Positions 12,484-25,698 of a stretch of DNA of 64,000 nt are shown one piece after another. Source of the DNA: Marsupella aquatica (Eukaryota > Plantae > Marchantiophyta); contig OZ316892.1 of NCBI GenBank assembly GCA_973895155.1, forward strand, positions 21,453,619 through 21,517,618, written 5' to 3'. Every line of letters starts with the position of its first letter. The first letter of the stretch is position 1. The notes beneath the pieces were generated by a model. The model saw nothing but the letters and a program-made list of their open reading frames with translations. It was not told the DNA's origin and made no database searches. Both the position numbers and the translations under genes were made by a program.

Positions 12484-15400
12484 ATGAGAACTAAAGCAGA
12501 CAACAGCGTGGCAACAGGTTGCTTCCACATGAAAAATCCGTTCGGCTCCAAAAAGGATCCAGGACCATTTGATGAGAAGCCGCGTAACTTGAGGTAATCA
12601 ATCTCTGCCTGCTCAGCCAATTGTATCTACGATTCGTTCTGTGTAGTTTAATTGATTTAGTGTGAGGAGACCTGAATTCCATCTGAAGGTTTTTTTGTGT
12701 GAACGTTTTCTGCGGTGCTTTAATGTCAGCAAGAATTAAAAAATCATCGACCCTTCGTACTGCTTATTTTGAAGTCAATCTTAGCGATATCAATCCATGT
12801 ACTGACTTTCTTTGAGGATCAGATTGGACGACAAAGTGGCGGTCATTACTGGCGCCGCTAGCGGCATTGGAGCTGCCACTGCCAGGCTTTTCGTGTCTCA
12901 AGGTGCGAGAGTGATCATCGCGGACGTCCAAGCCGAGGCTGGGAGGAAGCTAAGTTCGGAGCTGGGATCCTCCGCGCATTTCTTCCTTTGCGACGTGACC
13001 AAAGAGGCTGATGTCGCTGCGGCAGTCGACTATGCCGTCGAGTGCTGGGGCCACCTCGACATCATGTTCAACAACGCCGGCGTTCCGGGCCCTCTTGCTG
13101 GCCTAGCTGAAATCAACATGGAAGATTTTGACCAAGTTATGGCTGTCCACATTAAGGTCAGTGTACTGGAATCCGTGTGGTTCCACCATTACGCCAAATA
13201 AATACCCCTCTAATTAGCATTTCTATGCAGTTCAATCAGTACAATGTGCGGGCTCGGTTACATCTAAAATAAAATTCACGTTAGGTCATCTACACTCTTG
13301 ACCTGAGACAACGAATTGGGTTGATTTGCAATCTCCTCGAATAAACTTGCAGTCACCTCTTCAGTGATCACGCCATGAAATTAAAAGTAAATAAGCTCGA
13401 GCTTCGGGATGCCTGTGTACCCCGTTGTACTTCAGAAACTGTAACCTCGGACCGGGCCTCGGACGCGGATCCCGCCAATGAATTGAAAATGCTCACATTG
13501 TAAAGCAGGGCCTTTTCCACAGCTGACCGAGTCGAAATCGTGCTCTTATCTGAGCCACTCTCTTGAACATATGAACTAACGGAAATAGGAAAATATTTTC
13601 ACTAGTCGAAATCCAGAACTCCCGCATGTCGAAGCTTCTACAGGGGAATATACAGAAGAGCTTCGCGGCATACTTTCGTAGTGGAGGAAAAATGTGAGTT
13701 CAGAGCAAAGAACGCTACTTCTGTATGGTAATCAGGTAATGAGGGTATGGATGAACCTCATGTTAATCAGGTAATGAGGGTTTTTAGGCAACTATCACAG
13801 AGACTGATCTGACAAAACCTTTCTAACGAATCTGGCGATTGCAGCCAAAAAGTTGGGTGTCTGTTGCATTCTGCGGTGAATACAAGCAAAGACTCAGAAC
13901 TACGTATCGAAGTATCGAAGTATCGAAGTGACTGAATCTTACGTGGGATTTGCTGTTTTGATTTAGGGTGCGGTGTTGGGAGTAAAGCATGCGGCGAGAG
14001 TAATGATTCCTGCCCGCAAAGGAGTAATTCTGTTTTCAGGAAGCACATCGGCCAACATGGGAGGAGCTGGCCCACCTCTGCACTCGGCAGCCAATGCAGC
14101 TGTGCTTTGCATCGCCCGCTCGGCAGCAGCAGAACTTGTTCGGCATTGCATTCGCGTCAATGCAGTTTCGTCCCATTGCGTGGCCACACCCATGAGCCTT
14201 GCCACTATTAATGCATCCCTGAGCCCCAAAAAGGACATCACGATCGAGCAACTTGACAAAGTCCTGTCTGCTTCCAGCGAATTGGATACCTTGACAACGG
14301 AGAAAGTCGCGAGTGCGGTTATGTTCCTTGCCAGCGACGATGCGGGATTCATCAGTGGTCACAACCTGGTGCTGGATGGAGGATTCTCTGTAACGAAGCC
14401 ATTCGCTTCGTCCGAGTTGAAAGCGACGCTGAAGAAATCTCTAGCCGCCCAGCGCAACGCCGAGGCACGATCCCCGCTAAGATCTCCGACAAGATCTATA
14501 GAAGGGAGTGGTATGTCAAAGCCGTCTATAGTGAAAGAGCGAGAAGTAGCGGACAAACCGAGCATGGAGGAGGAGGTGAAGGGTTCGTACGAAAGGGAGA
14601 GAGATACACGGAAGGAGGAGAGAGAGGATAAGGAGAGGAACAAGCGGGAGAAGGAGACAAATGTCGAGGATCAAAAAGTTCGAGCCAGAGAAGAAAAAAC
14701 TCGAGCTAAGGAAACCAAGGCTTTAGCTCTGAATGGACAAGGTCCAGCCCAGGATCCGAAGAGTCGAGCTACGAAGGGAGATATCCATTCCTTGGACACA
14801 GAGGCTTCAGCCAAGGAAGCCAGGATTCAGAACGAGAACATCGAATTGCCGAACGCTGGGCCCGAGCCGGACATTCCCTTGGAATATCAATCGAGGACTC
14901 CGGTGAAGAACATCAGCAGCTTGTTCACCAGGGGCCGAAAGAACTCCAAGAAAGAGGGTCAAACGGAAGGCAAGTCTAACGATCCGGCTATAGTCGAGAA
15001 GGCTCATCCCAAGCGCAACTCTGACTTACCAAAGACTGCAGCCTCTCCAGATATTACCCCGGAATCCCGGTCGAAGCAGTCGCCGGTGAAGAGAATCAGC
15101 AGCTTGTTGGGCTTGGGGAAGGATTCCACGGACGAGGGTATAAAGGAGAAGAAGTCTGATGATCCGGGACAGGTTTCGACTAAGGAGAAGCAGGAAGCAA
15201 AGTCCGCCGATCCGAGACAGGCCTCCAAAAAGGAAGCACATTCTCCAGGCAAGGAAGACAAGGTTCAGCCCAAGAGCAACGACTCGCCGAAGACTGCAGC
15301 CTCTTCAGAAATGACCCCGGCATCTCAATCGAAGCAGTCGCCCGTGATGAGATCCGGCAGCTTGTTGGGAAAGGATTCCAAGAACGAGGATAAAAAGGAG

Positions 15401-16261
15401 AGCACGTCTGATGATCTGGGAAAGGTTTCGAAAAAGGAGAAGCACGAACGAAAGTCCGCCGATCCAAGAAACGTTTCCCAAAAGGAAGCAAATGCTCCGG
15501 CCATAGTAGAGGAGACTCAGCTCAAGCGCAAATCTGATTCACGAAAGATTGCAGCCTCTCCAGAAATTACCCCGGAATCCCAATCGAAGCAGTCACCGGT
15601 GACGAGAATCGGTAACTTGTTGGGCTTGGGAAAGGATTCCACGGAAGGGGATAAAAAGGAGATAAAGTTCGATGATTATCTGCGAAAGGTTTCGACGAAG
15701 GAAAAGCAGGAAGGAAAGTCCGCCGATACGAGAAAGATCTATAAAGAGGAAGCAGATCCTCCAGCCAAGGAACAAACGCCTCGGTCCAAGCGCAAAGACT
15801 CACCGAAGACTCAAGCCTCTCCAGCAATTAACCCGGGACCGAGCCCGGGACCTCAACCGACGCAGTCTCTGCTCCAGAGGATCGGCAGCTTGTTGGGCTT
15901 GGGAAAGGATTCCAAGAAAGAGACCAAAACGGTGAGCTGGGGAAAGGATACCGAGAAAGAGGACAACACGGAAGAGAACTTGAAGTCTCTCGATGCGGGA
16001 AAGGTTTCCAAACAGGAGAAGAAAGAGGACAAGTCTGCTGATACGGTAAAGGTCGCGACGAAGGAAACGAAGTCTCCAAGCAAGGAAGAAAAGGCTCGGG
16101 CAGTGAGCAAAGAGTCAACGAAGACTCCAGCCACTCCAGAAATTAGCCCGGAGCCCCAAACAAAGCAGTCTCCGGTAATGACGATCGGAAACTTGTTGAG
16201 CTGGGGAGCGGATAAAAAGAAAGGCAAGTCTGCCAATCCGGAGAAAGTTTTCAAGAAATAG
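12484..16261 (+). CDS. Short-chain dehydrogenase/reductase (plant ABA2/Tasselseed2-like SDR110C type), catalytically degenerate, with a long repetitive C-terminal extension; ~912 aa
   Basis: Exons 12484-12593 (alternative in-frame ATG at 12529), 12823-13156 and 13967-16261 join in frame. The R|LDDKVA intron position is typical of the family. Motifs TGAASGIG, CDV, NNAG, IRVNAVS and GHNLVLDGG are present, but YxxxK reads HSAAN. Confidence 0.9.
14860..16258 (+). repeat. Six in-frame protein repeats (~60-100 aa) in the SDR tail
   Basis: Core (A/S)SP.ITP.S.SKQSPV.RI..LLGLGKDS recurs at about 14896, 15078, 15335, 15590, 15863 and 16165, followed by K/E/D/S-rich segments containing KSAD. Confidence 0.9.
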
Positions 16262-19144
16262 GCCAAGTCCAATCACAATGACGAAGAGAACGAGTCGAAG
16301 TGATATAATAAATTGAGCCGGCGCCACCGAACTCATCTTCAGGTGAGGCTGATTATTCCAGTCACTCAGCGTTATTTCATGAATGACCTGACAAACTTGA
16401 CGCTTCAAATTAGATTCATTGAGGTCGATGGCCAGTTTGTATGTTGTGTACTCCAGAGAGGTCTGTAACGCTTATATTTGCCTCCATAGCTTAGGAAACA
16501 TCTTACTTAATCGAGCAAATATGTAACAACTGTTGCTGAGTCCTCGGAGAGAGAAGCGTGAACTATAACGTTTAGAAGCTGCAGCCAGACAGAAGAGTGA
16601 GCCTTGATTTTTTGAATGAGCATTACTGGTCTGCCAAAAACGTGAACTTTAAAGCTCACACTCCACATGTCAAAAATGACCTCCTAGAATTGAAGTGTGA
16701 AAACGCCAGCGGAAGACAGTTGAGGAAACTTCAAAGTTTCCACTCTAGAGTTTGATGTTGGAATCTCAGAATGCAGAAGTGACTCTGGCAACGGAGAAAT
16801 TGAGGCCTTGCAAATGGGCTTGCAAAGTTGGCACTCTAGGAGTTAACGTTGTTCCACAAAAGTCCATTGGTGCATCACAGAAACCTGATAGAATTTGAAA
16901 GTAGCCATGTTGCGCACATTCTCTACACTAATGCTGGTACACAAAATTTCAGAAGCATTGTGGGATACCTTCTCACAACGACTAAACTGACCTTGTCACA
17001 CAGTTCGCACTTCGAGAAAGTAACGCAAAGGTTTATAGCAGAAACTGTAGCGGAGTGACTTCCAAAGTTTGCACCCAAGAGTTCAGATGTATACGACACT
17101 TGCCCACAGCCAGGATGAACTTGCCAACAGCAAGGACGAAAAATTAACATCTACTTTGCTCGTAGTGGACGAAAGCGGACTTTTAATGAGAAATGTTGCC
17201 AACACTCTGTAAAAGGACTTAGCATGGGCCGTCGATGATGTACTGTGGTGCCTCAGATGACTCTCGAGGGACTCAACATCTAAACCCTGGGGTATACGAG
17301 ATGAAGTTCAGACAATTGCATAATTAAAATGCACATTCCGCATTGGAAAATGCCTAAGTCAGTTTTCCTTATTGTTCCTATCATACAAGTTATGAAGACA
17401 TGTCTGCTTGGTGGGCTCTTTCGAAACCTCGTTGACAAGAGTCAGTTGGACCAACGGATTATTGAAAACTGGAAATGCTCACTTCTGATTCATGAAGACG
17501 ATGAACAATCCCCTTTGAGCTGATGATTCAATTTGCCAATGATTAGCAGTGGAGAGCTAAGCACGTGCTCAATGGATTAATTAGATCACCTGAGGCTGCT
17601 TTTCCTCTGGGTCTGGATTTCCCAAGCATTGGAAGAATGGCAGCAAGAATTTAAATTGGATTCGACCAGTTCAATGTATTGTCTTTCAGCGAAGGCGAGC
17701 AAAGCCCTGTTTCTCCATAGGTGATTTTCCTTGACCACAACAGCTGTCTCCTGGACGCAAGAGTGAAAGGTAGTGAATGTCGATTAGCCAGATTGCCCCT
17801 TGATAAATCCATCTTCGATTCTTCTCTAAAGCATGAAGCGCATTGCAGAGCAGGTTCGAGAGTCGCAGGGTGCAACAAATGCCACAAATTCAAGATGATG
17901 TAACTTACGGAAGGAGAAGACGTAAGCGGGAAGGCTCCAACACGATAGCCATGTCATTACGCTGTCCGAAGAGCCACTACATTTGAAATCGTCAAATCTC
18001 TAGACCTTTCGGTTCAGCATTCTCATGTCAAATGGTAGTTGTTCTTGTTTGAGATTTTTGTTGTTTTCAATAAGCACGCTTGTAGGATTATGTCACCTGT
18101 AGGAATATCTGACGTTCAGGAAATTCTTGATGAGAAGGTTCTACTCTGTAGCAACTGTTGTAGTCCACTTTGGGTCGAAATCTATCGAGCAAAATGATCA
18201 CATTGAACCTACTATAGATTTGACGGATCGATAACCATGAACGAATTGGTGAAACCCCTGAAATTCACCAGAACAAGCGTCGTTCAATCGATCTTAATGG
18301 CAGCGAATTGAGCTCACAAATCAGAAATGTTCATTTGTTTGTCCAAACTTCCCTGTCATAGCAAACAGAACTTGAAAGCCGTGGCTGACCTGCATCCAGT
18401 TGAGTGACTAAGAAGCATTTTCGCAGTGAATCTGCGGTACTCCATTTGGTTAAATAACATTTACTGCAACAACCGTCCTTCACACAATCTCTCAGTTGAC
18501 GAACGCATACCAAAAGGTTGTGGCCTTCTGGCAGGTAACAATATTAGCGGAACCCCAATCCAAAACTTCGCAGTTTCGACGAACGCAGATCCAAGCGGAA
18601 CTTTAATCCCGACACGCACTTTACACAATCTGTGAGTTGACGAATGGATACCCCACTCTTTCTGCCCAAATCAAAACGTTCTGCAAGGAACAAAGACTAG
18701 CGCTCACCACTCCAAGAATTTCACATATTGACGACGGACACAGATCCAAATGTTTCTGCAAGGAAATAACCAGATTACGTAAACCAACCCAAAACATCCA
18801 CGAATGCAGAGAGATCCAAAACGCAAAACTTCATGGAGATGAGCAGATGCAGGACGGTGATCGGCGAGGGAGGATTCACGCACATAATCCTTCCACTACG
18901 TGAAGCAGGAAGTAATCGCTGCTCAGTTGCCCAGAACAACGACCAACTGACACCACTCCAAAACTTTACATACTGACAACAAACGCAGATTCAATTGTTT
19001 CTGCAAGGAACAACAAGATTCCGGAAATCGACCATAGAAGCAGAGATCCGACAAGTTATGGAGAACGAAAAATGGTTGTGGAGATGATGTGGAGAAGCAG
19101 AGAGATCCACCAACAAAGTTATGGAGAACGAATGAAGAAAGGTT

Positions 19145-19421
19145 GTGGAGGTGGTGTGGCAGGAGCGGATCCAGGAAGGTGATCGGCCAGGGAGCATTCA
19201 AGCACGTCATCCCTCGACTGCGAGGAGCGGGAAGTAGTCGCTGCTCGGTTGCCCGCCTCACGCATTGCCCTCCACTCTGCAGTTAGAGTGGAGGTGGTGT
19301 GGCAGGAGCGGATCCAGGAAGGTGATCGGCCAGGGAGCATTCAAGCACGTCATCCCTCGACTGCGAGGAGCGGGAAGTAGTCGCTGCTCGGTTGCCCGCC
19401 TCACGCATTGCCCTCCACTCT
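19145..19421. repeat. Near-perfect 134-bp tandem duplication (period 143) with an older diverged copy at about 18850-18930
   Basis: 19145-19278 matches 19288-19421. GGTGATCGGC...GGAAGTAATCGCTGCTCAGTTGCCC also occurs near 18856-18931. Confidence 0.9.
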
Positions 19422-20025
19422 AACTGCAGAGAAGCTTCTCCCTCCGGAGGGACACCTGCACCAGACTCCACGCTTCGAACGGGCGCGCCATCGACATGCG
19501 CTCGCCGGCCTTCAAGGGAGCTCATGCGCCATCATCTCCTACTCCCACACGGGTTACAAGCAGCCGTGACCCTGCTCAGATGGAAGGTAAGCTCGTCACT
19601 CGCGTATATATTGTCACTAAATCCGGCTCTGCAATGCTTATGGTTTTAATGATATTGAGTCCAGGAAGCCCGTAGCGAGACGCGTATGCTCTCTTTGTGG
19701 GACTGGTGCTAGAAAAGGGAGAAATTGGGACATGGAGGAAGAATAAGTCCCTGTAAGAGTTACCTTTGCATGTGGGTGGCCCTTGAGTTGCGGGTACTCA
19801 ATTGAACAGGTGCCATTCCAACATTGGAAGACATTTGTATGCCTCTTTCTATGGCAGGTGGACCGCATATGTGGTGAATAACCAAGGGCAAGGTCCTGAA
19901 CATTGGAAATGAATAAAACAAAAGAGAAATTTTGCACTCGGGAGATTCTGTGAAAATCCAAATTCACTCTTTCCCAACAATTTACTAGTGCTAGGGACCT
20001 TTATAAAAAATTGCTCTTGCATGGT

Positions 20026-20970
20026 GTATTACTTGGCTTCCAATGCAAGGGGCCTACAGAATGATCACGAAGCACAGAAACCTAATTGGAAATCGAATTT
20101 GCACTAATAAACAACAGCTGTGTTTGAGATGACGTACGCTGGTTTTGGGGGGTGGTGCGAGGAAGGGGGGAAGGAATAGGAATAAATATGTCCTTAAAGA
20201 ATAGTATATTACTTGGCTTCCAAGCGTACAGAAGGATCACGAAGCAGTGTAGAGATCAACACGTAGCTGAAAATCGAAATTGCAGTACTGAATGAAAGCT
20301 GTGTTGGAGACAGCCTGTGGATAACGCGTAGGCTGTTTTTTGAGGGGGGTTGCGAGGAAATTGGGGAGGAGGTGCTCATGGAATAATTAGTCTCAAATGA
20401 ATGGTCTGTTGGAGCCTATTTGGTCCAAGTCTTCTATGGAAAATTTTGTGGAGAACCCAATAAACAGAAAACATACGGGGCTTTCTCCAGTTCACCAAAA
20501 CCATAAAAATAAAATAAAAATGTTTTAAAATAAAATGGAGGGAAAGCAAAAAAGGTCCAAATAGAACAACCACCAAACAAGAAAAAAGGCAAAATCAAAC
20601 CCTGAAAACCAAGAAGAGGAAAAGAGAGGGGAATCTTTGCTATCACTTCGCTGATGGATGGACTAAGGTCCGATAAGGAAAATGCTAATGCGCACCAAAA
20701 GCAATTCACCAAATCCGTATCTAGTTAGTTAAGAGATTAACAACTATTTCAAAATCTTAGAAAATCCAACAATTTGGATTCATGAGGAAAAATATGAATG
20801 ACACCAATTAATTTCCAATGAAACAGAGAACTTGCCAATCACACTCTTTTCCCAGAATGAAGAAAAGTGGCTGGTCTATTAGTCATTTACTTGGCTTCCA
20901 ATACAAGAAAGAAAGAGGATCGTTCACGAAGCAAAGGAGAGACGAACACGTAGCTGAATATCGAAATTGT
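20026..20970. repeat. Three diverged copies of a ~150-180-bp unit upstream of the zinc-ribbon gene
   Basis: TTACTTGGCTTCCAA...CACGAAGCA...AAATCGAA occurs at about 20030, 20209 and 20887. Confidence 0.7.
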
Positions 20971-21652
20971 TGTAATAATGTTTGGTGCACAGGTGTGAAA
21001 TTAAGCAAACCCTCAACGCAATGTGGCGGTGCAGGGTCGACGCGTGGCATGGGACACAATTCAGAAATGTGTAGGCTGCTTTCAGTGCCGGCACGTGTAA
21101 TGTACGACAGGACGAATGAGCTGGATTGTCACCAGCTTCATGACCCAACTTCTCGGAGTATCATAAAAGTCCATTCATTGTTGGAAGAGAATAATGTGAT
21201 CGGGTGTGTTCGGGCTCCATCGATTTTGCAGGTATCGAGAGTGAATTTATCGGCGCTACACCTCCAGTGCACACTCCTGTCGAAGATTTCGTCAAGAGAT
21301 CGACTTAGCAAAGGTGCTGTGAGTGTACAATCATGCTTTCCACTTTCTCAGCTATCTTTGATGCTTTTGACAGGAACCCGTCGCTTCGTGAGAATCGAGA
21401 TTACTTGTGGTCGTCCTTGAATTCATGGTGCTGTCGATTTCTTACTTGCAAGGGAATGGAAGTTTGATAGCGTTTTGATAGAGTGTTGAATTTGGTCGCT
21501 GAACTGACTTTCCCTTTGTCTTTATATTACAGCTCGCACTTTTGAAATTGAAAGGAGTTCACTACTCTGTGCAAGGACTGAATTGCCAGAAGACTAGTTC
21601 GTTAAATTGAAGAAGAGGAGTACAACAGCCGGTCCGACCAAATTCGGGAATC

Positions 21653-21850
21653 ATGTTTTGCTGTTTCGTATGCGATCAGGAGCGCCATGTTGTGAGTACG
21701 AAAGCTGCGAAAGGAGTTTGCCCGAACTGCGGGTCGATCCCAGCAGATATGAAAGTGAGAGACTCTTGTCGATTCTGCTTCATTCCAATCTGCTGGCGGA
21801 CGCATCATGTCGTTACCTGCACCACCTGTGGGGCGCCCCTCAAGAGGTAG
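21653..21850 (+). CDS. Small Cys-rich zinc-ribbon protein (plant family often mis-annotated as methionyl-tRNA synthetase; zinc_ribbon_15-like)
   Basis: 65 aa, MFCCFVCDQERHVV...GVCPNCG...RFCFIPICW...CTTCG, matching the family pattern FVCDE..V....A.G.CP.CG...RFCF(L/I)P...C..C. A probable 5'-UTR intron ends at AG 21531-21532. Confidence 0.85.
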   Translation: MFCCFVCDQERHVVSTKAAKGVCPNCGSIPADMKVRDSCRFCFIPICWRTHHVVTCTTCGAPLKR

Positions 21851-22052
21851 ATAAGTGGCATAGATCGGTGGAGAAATTGGGGAAGTATTTTTTGTGAAGA
21901 TGGGCTCGTTAAACCCATTTCCCCCACTTAATTTATGACCGAGCTAATGGACCGTGTGATGCATTTAAGGAAGTATCCTGCCCATGGCCGCCATGATGGA
22001 GGACAAGCATCCGCGGCTGGATTGATGACTGTATAGACTTAGGTGAAGTCGA

Positions 22053-22240
22053 TGTGTTTCCAATTGTCTTGGATCAGGCTGGAGAAGCGATCATAGTTTA
22101 TTCCCCATGAAGGCTTGTGTTTCCATTTGTCTTGGATCAGGCTGGAGAACTGATCATAGTTTATTTTTCATAAAGGCTTGTGTTTCCAATTGTCTTGGAT
22201 CACGCTGGAGAATCGATCATAGGTTATTTTCCATAAGGCT
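22053..22240. repeat. 3 x 63-bp tandem repeat
   Basis: TGTGTTTCCA.TTGTCTTGGATCA.GCTGGAGAA..GATCATAG starts at 22053, 22116 and 22179. Confidence 0.9.
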
Positions 22241-22799
22241 GGGGAACTCAAATTCTGTGAACATCTTCCCACTCCAGTCTAGGGACGTGGGATTGAGGGG
22301 CACCTTGTGAAATCATACTAAAGTTTCGATACGTGATAATTTTCTCAATGGAGATCTTCTTAGCGTAGAGACTCGCAACGGATCTGCGAAAATTGAGGCT
22401 GAACTTCTGCCAGTAGTAGACATTAGCACACTGTTATTTTGTCCTCAGAATTCATTCTGTACTTGGTGGAATGGAATTTTAAGCTGTCTGTGAATATAAT
22501 TTTTCTAGAGACGTTTAAGTCGCAGCCATGCATTCAACATCGGAAATTCAGGACAACCTTCTCCGGAAGTCTTCTCGAATGCATGCAAAGTCATTTACGA
22601 CTCTTAAGTTTAGTTGAATATATCTTCTAGTTACTGCATTGCTCAAAGTTGCTAAACAAAAAGCAAAGTATACATATCCACTAGACAAATGTATGTTGCT
22701 CTTCAAGAAAAAATTCGTGCAAGTTGGATATCCTTGGAACATCAGCTGAGATAGAATTATTCTGTAATCCTCAAAAAGTATGCTTCTTCTCAATAGCTG

Positions 22800-22999
22800 A
22801 AACTCTTTAATTTGAAATGACGAAATTCCGAAAACATATACTCGGTACTAAACTATCTAAACGGAAGCGCACTCTGAATTCTGGCTCAAAATTTCATACA
22901 AACTCATTAATTTGAAATGACGAAATCCCGAAAACATATACCTTGTACTAAACTATCTAAACGGAAGCGCACTCTGAGTTCTGGCTCAAAATTTCATAC
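22800..22999. repeat. 2 x 100-bp tandem duplication
   Basis: AAACTC.TTAATTTGAAATGACGAAA...CTGGCTCAAAATTTCATAC occurs twice. Confidence 0.9.
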
Positions 23000-25097
23000 C
23001 CTTAATGGTTTAAGAATCTTCTTCTTAAGCAAACGTGCATTCGAAATGTTCGGTTAGACTTATGTCTAATCAATCCCAAGAAGCTATCGCACACCGATGC
23101 TACTCAGCTCAATTAGAGAGACCCATAACTTGTCCCTTGTTGGAAGAAGATTTACTGCAATTAGTCTGGTTATACAACAGTACTCTGGAGAAGGTGAATC
23201 GAAAGCAGGATGCTGAGCTTGTGTATGCTGTGCATTTAAAGATTTTCAAGGAATTCGATATGCTAGTACAAACGGGCCATTTATTGAGAGAATTAAGCGT
23301 GAAGGGTATTATATAGTTGATATGCGAGATCCTTCATGCCTACACACTCCGTGCTGAAGAGCAGTATGTATAATTATACATTCTCCACCTGCGTTTTTTA
23401 TCGGATTCTTGATAGAAATCGAAATCTCAACGTGTCAGTTGAATCATCGACAGCAATCTTACTTTTTGAGCTAGATCTCATTTGACCTGGCTCTACCAAT
23501 AATTACAACCCTTTGTGAATCTTGAAGCGCGAACCTTCGGCCATCAGGTCATATGAAGTCTTGTGTGATATAATTAGTGGCTTCAAATTCTAAATGTTGC
23601 CATGACCACTTGCAACACAGCCGCTTGAACAGAAGCAATGATACCGAATGCGAATATGATACCCAACATTATCAATCAGCTGAAGGAAATTCCACGGGAA
23701 CTCCATAACCCATTTATACCTTCATCGCTAGTAAGGATCATTACTCTCTAATTTATGTAAGGATTTTTCTCACTTAGTAAAACCGTCGGGAAATTCCTCT
23801 CGTAATTGGGACTTGCCTTGCAGTACACATTGGCAAAAAACTTGGAAGGGGAATTTCTGGTATATATCCTGGGAATTGGTAGCGAAACTTCGGAACGCCG
23901 GATCCAGACATTATGAAACAGAAAATCGTTACAGAGCCCGTTACAGAGTTGGTCCAAGCGACGCCTTAAATCTGGCAAAACCCTCATCCAGTATAAGGTT
24001 ATATGGTTGTCGAGTGACTTGGATATTAGAACCGACTTCATAGCCAAATGTGGGTAGATCCTACCAAACACACCCTGCAGATTCTGAGGCTTTCTATTTG
24101 TAAATGAACTCAAGGTACAGTATCTCATCTCAAATTGAGTGACCTCTGAGGAAGCGAAAAGTGTCTCAGTTTTGTGCTCTCTTAAGCATCCAGTGGAAAC
24201 GGTCTGCCCATCCTTGCAAATCTAGCACACGAGAATAATGAGTAATTAACGAAATCTTTAGCCAAGCCATGGTCTTAGACACTTAAAATGATAGCACGTA
24301 CGATATTCAGATTGAGTCTAAGTAGATCAACGTCCTGACTATCGTAGATTGAGGTACGTTTTGAATGAGCTGGATCATATACGTACAAACTAACTGCTGC
24401 TACCTAGGGTCTCCTTCTATGTCTAGCTTCAAAATCTAGCTTCAAACTTGCTTTCCCGCTTGCTTTGTAGTATAGGATAGATTGACCTGTGAGTCTAGAT
24501 GCTTAAATCAAAACAGTCCATGGAGACAAGCATTTTCCTTTCTTGACTGTGCTCTTTTGCAACTTGTATTTTTAATTTTGCGAATGGAGTGTCAGTAAGA
24601 ATTTTGTCCATGGTCACTCAATTCTAGAGTGACCAAAAGTGCACAGCTGAAAAAAATAAAATTGCATCGTGATCGATAGGGTTCGATTCAAGCCAGGCTC
24701 AGCCCAAAAAACATGATTGAGCCATGCAAGCAGAGTGGCAGTACACCTTTGTTTGCAGTAAGAACTGCTGCCGACATATATTACCATAAGTTTTTGTAGA
24801 AATATAGTTAATCAGATCAGACGTCAAGTTATCATTGTCAACAAGGTCACCATAGGCCTTCAACAAGGTCACCATCGCCCTTGTGCACGTACAAAAAGAG
24901 AGAAGATTGAAAAGTCTAAGCTGCTCGAATCTCTCAAACCTGTCTCGTTTGAACTCGACGGCACCCAATGACTAGAAAGTGGAAACCAGTATCGGCAGAT
25001 TGGCTTCTTAGTAACACATTCCTTTCAACATGCACTAGTTTCAATCCTGGTTTACAATCTGAAGCTAGCTAGTGGAAGATCTACTCGATTCCCCTCC

Positions 25098-25698
25098 TCA
25101 TTTCTGCTCTTCTTCGGGATAGTATTTGTTCACCATCCCGAAAGTTGTTTTGATCTCCGCCGGAGTCTTGCCTGTGATAATGTCAGCAGCTCTTTGACAC
25201 GTCAATTCTAACAAATTTTGAATGTTGAGGTATCGGGCTGCCTGCAAGAAGCGAGAAGATAAGATTAGAGATCATAAAGTCACAGTAGAGGAACCTCAGC
25301 ACTTCCCACTAACCTGGAGGTCAAAGAAAATACTGCAAAGTAATTTACAGAGATACCCGGCCTACTCAGTACGTAAAACTTACGTTGATGAGACCCACAA
25401 GAGTGGCGTGATCGACCTGGAGAAACTCAGCATCACGCTGTTTGATTTCATCCTCTGTAGGTGCTGGCTTCTCCTCTGTACTCTGTTGAAACTGCCAATG
25501 ATATGTGCAATACTCTATGACCTTGCCCAGGATATTTCTGGAAACATTGGGCAAAGGAATTGTACTTTCGTTTCCAGTGACCTCGACGATATCTGTCAAC
25601 GTCTCTGAGTATTGCACAACGGAAATGTCCACTTCAAATATAACACCATCCGACGACTGGAGCTGCACCTTCCTGCTGACTCGCCTGTTGATTGACAT
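25098..25698 (-). CDS. SKP1: SKP1/ASK-like protein, copy 1 (152 aa, divergent, C-terminally truncated)
   Basis: Exon 1 is 25698-25384 ([14 protein letters not shown]...[21 protein letters not shown]...DAEFLQVD). Exon 2 is 25241-25098 ([30 protein letters not shown]...EEEQK*). A 1-nt deletion relative to copy 4 removes the terminal RRE.EWIF segment. Confidence 0.85.

Noticed and set aside
13767-16408. Many minus-strand and alternate-frame ORFs over the SDR gene
   Set aside because: They are shadow ORFs of a GC-richer, repetitive coding strand, with no motifs.
20818-21420. 200-aa ORF upstream of the zinc-ribbon gene
   Set aside because: It overlaps a promoter repeat and a probable UTR intron and has no recognisable domain.
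22053-22240. Regular repeats resembling a CRISPR array (also 57142-57276)
   Set aside because: The units are contiguous tandem copies without unique spacers, the context is eukaryotic, and there are no cas genes.
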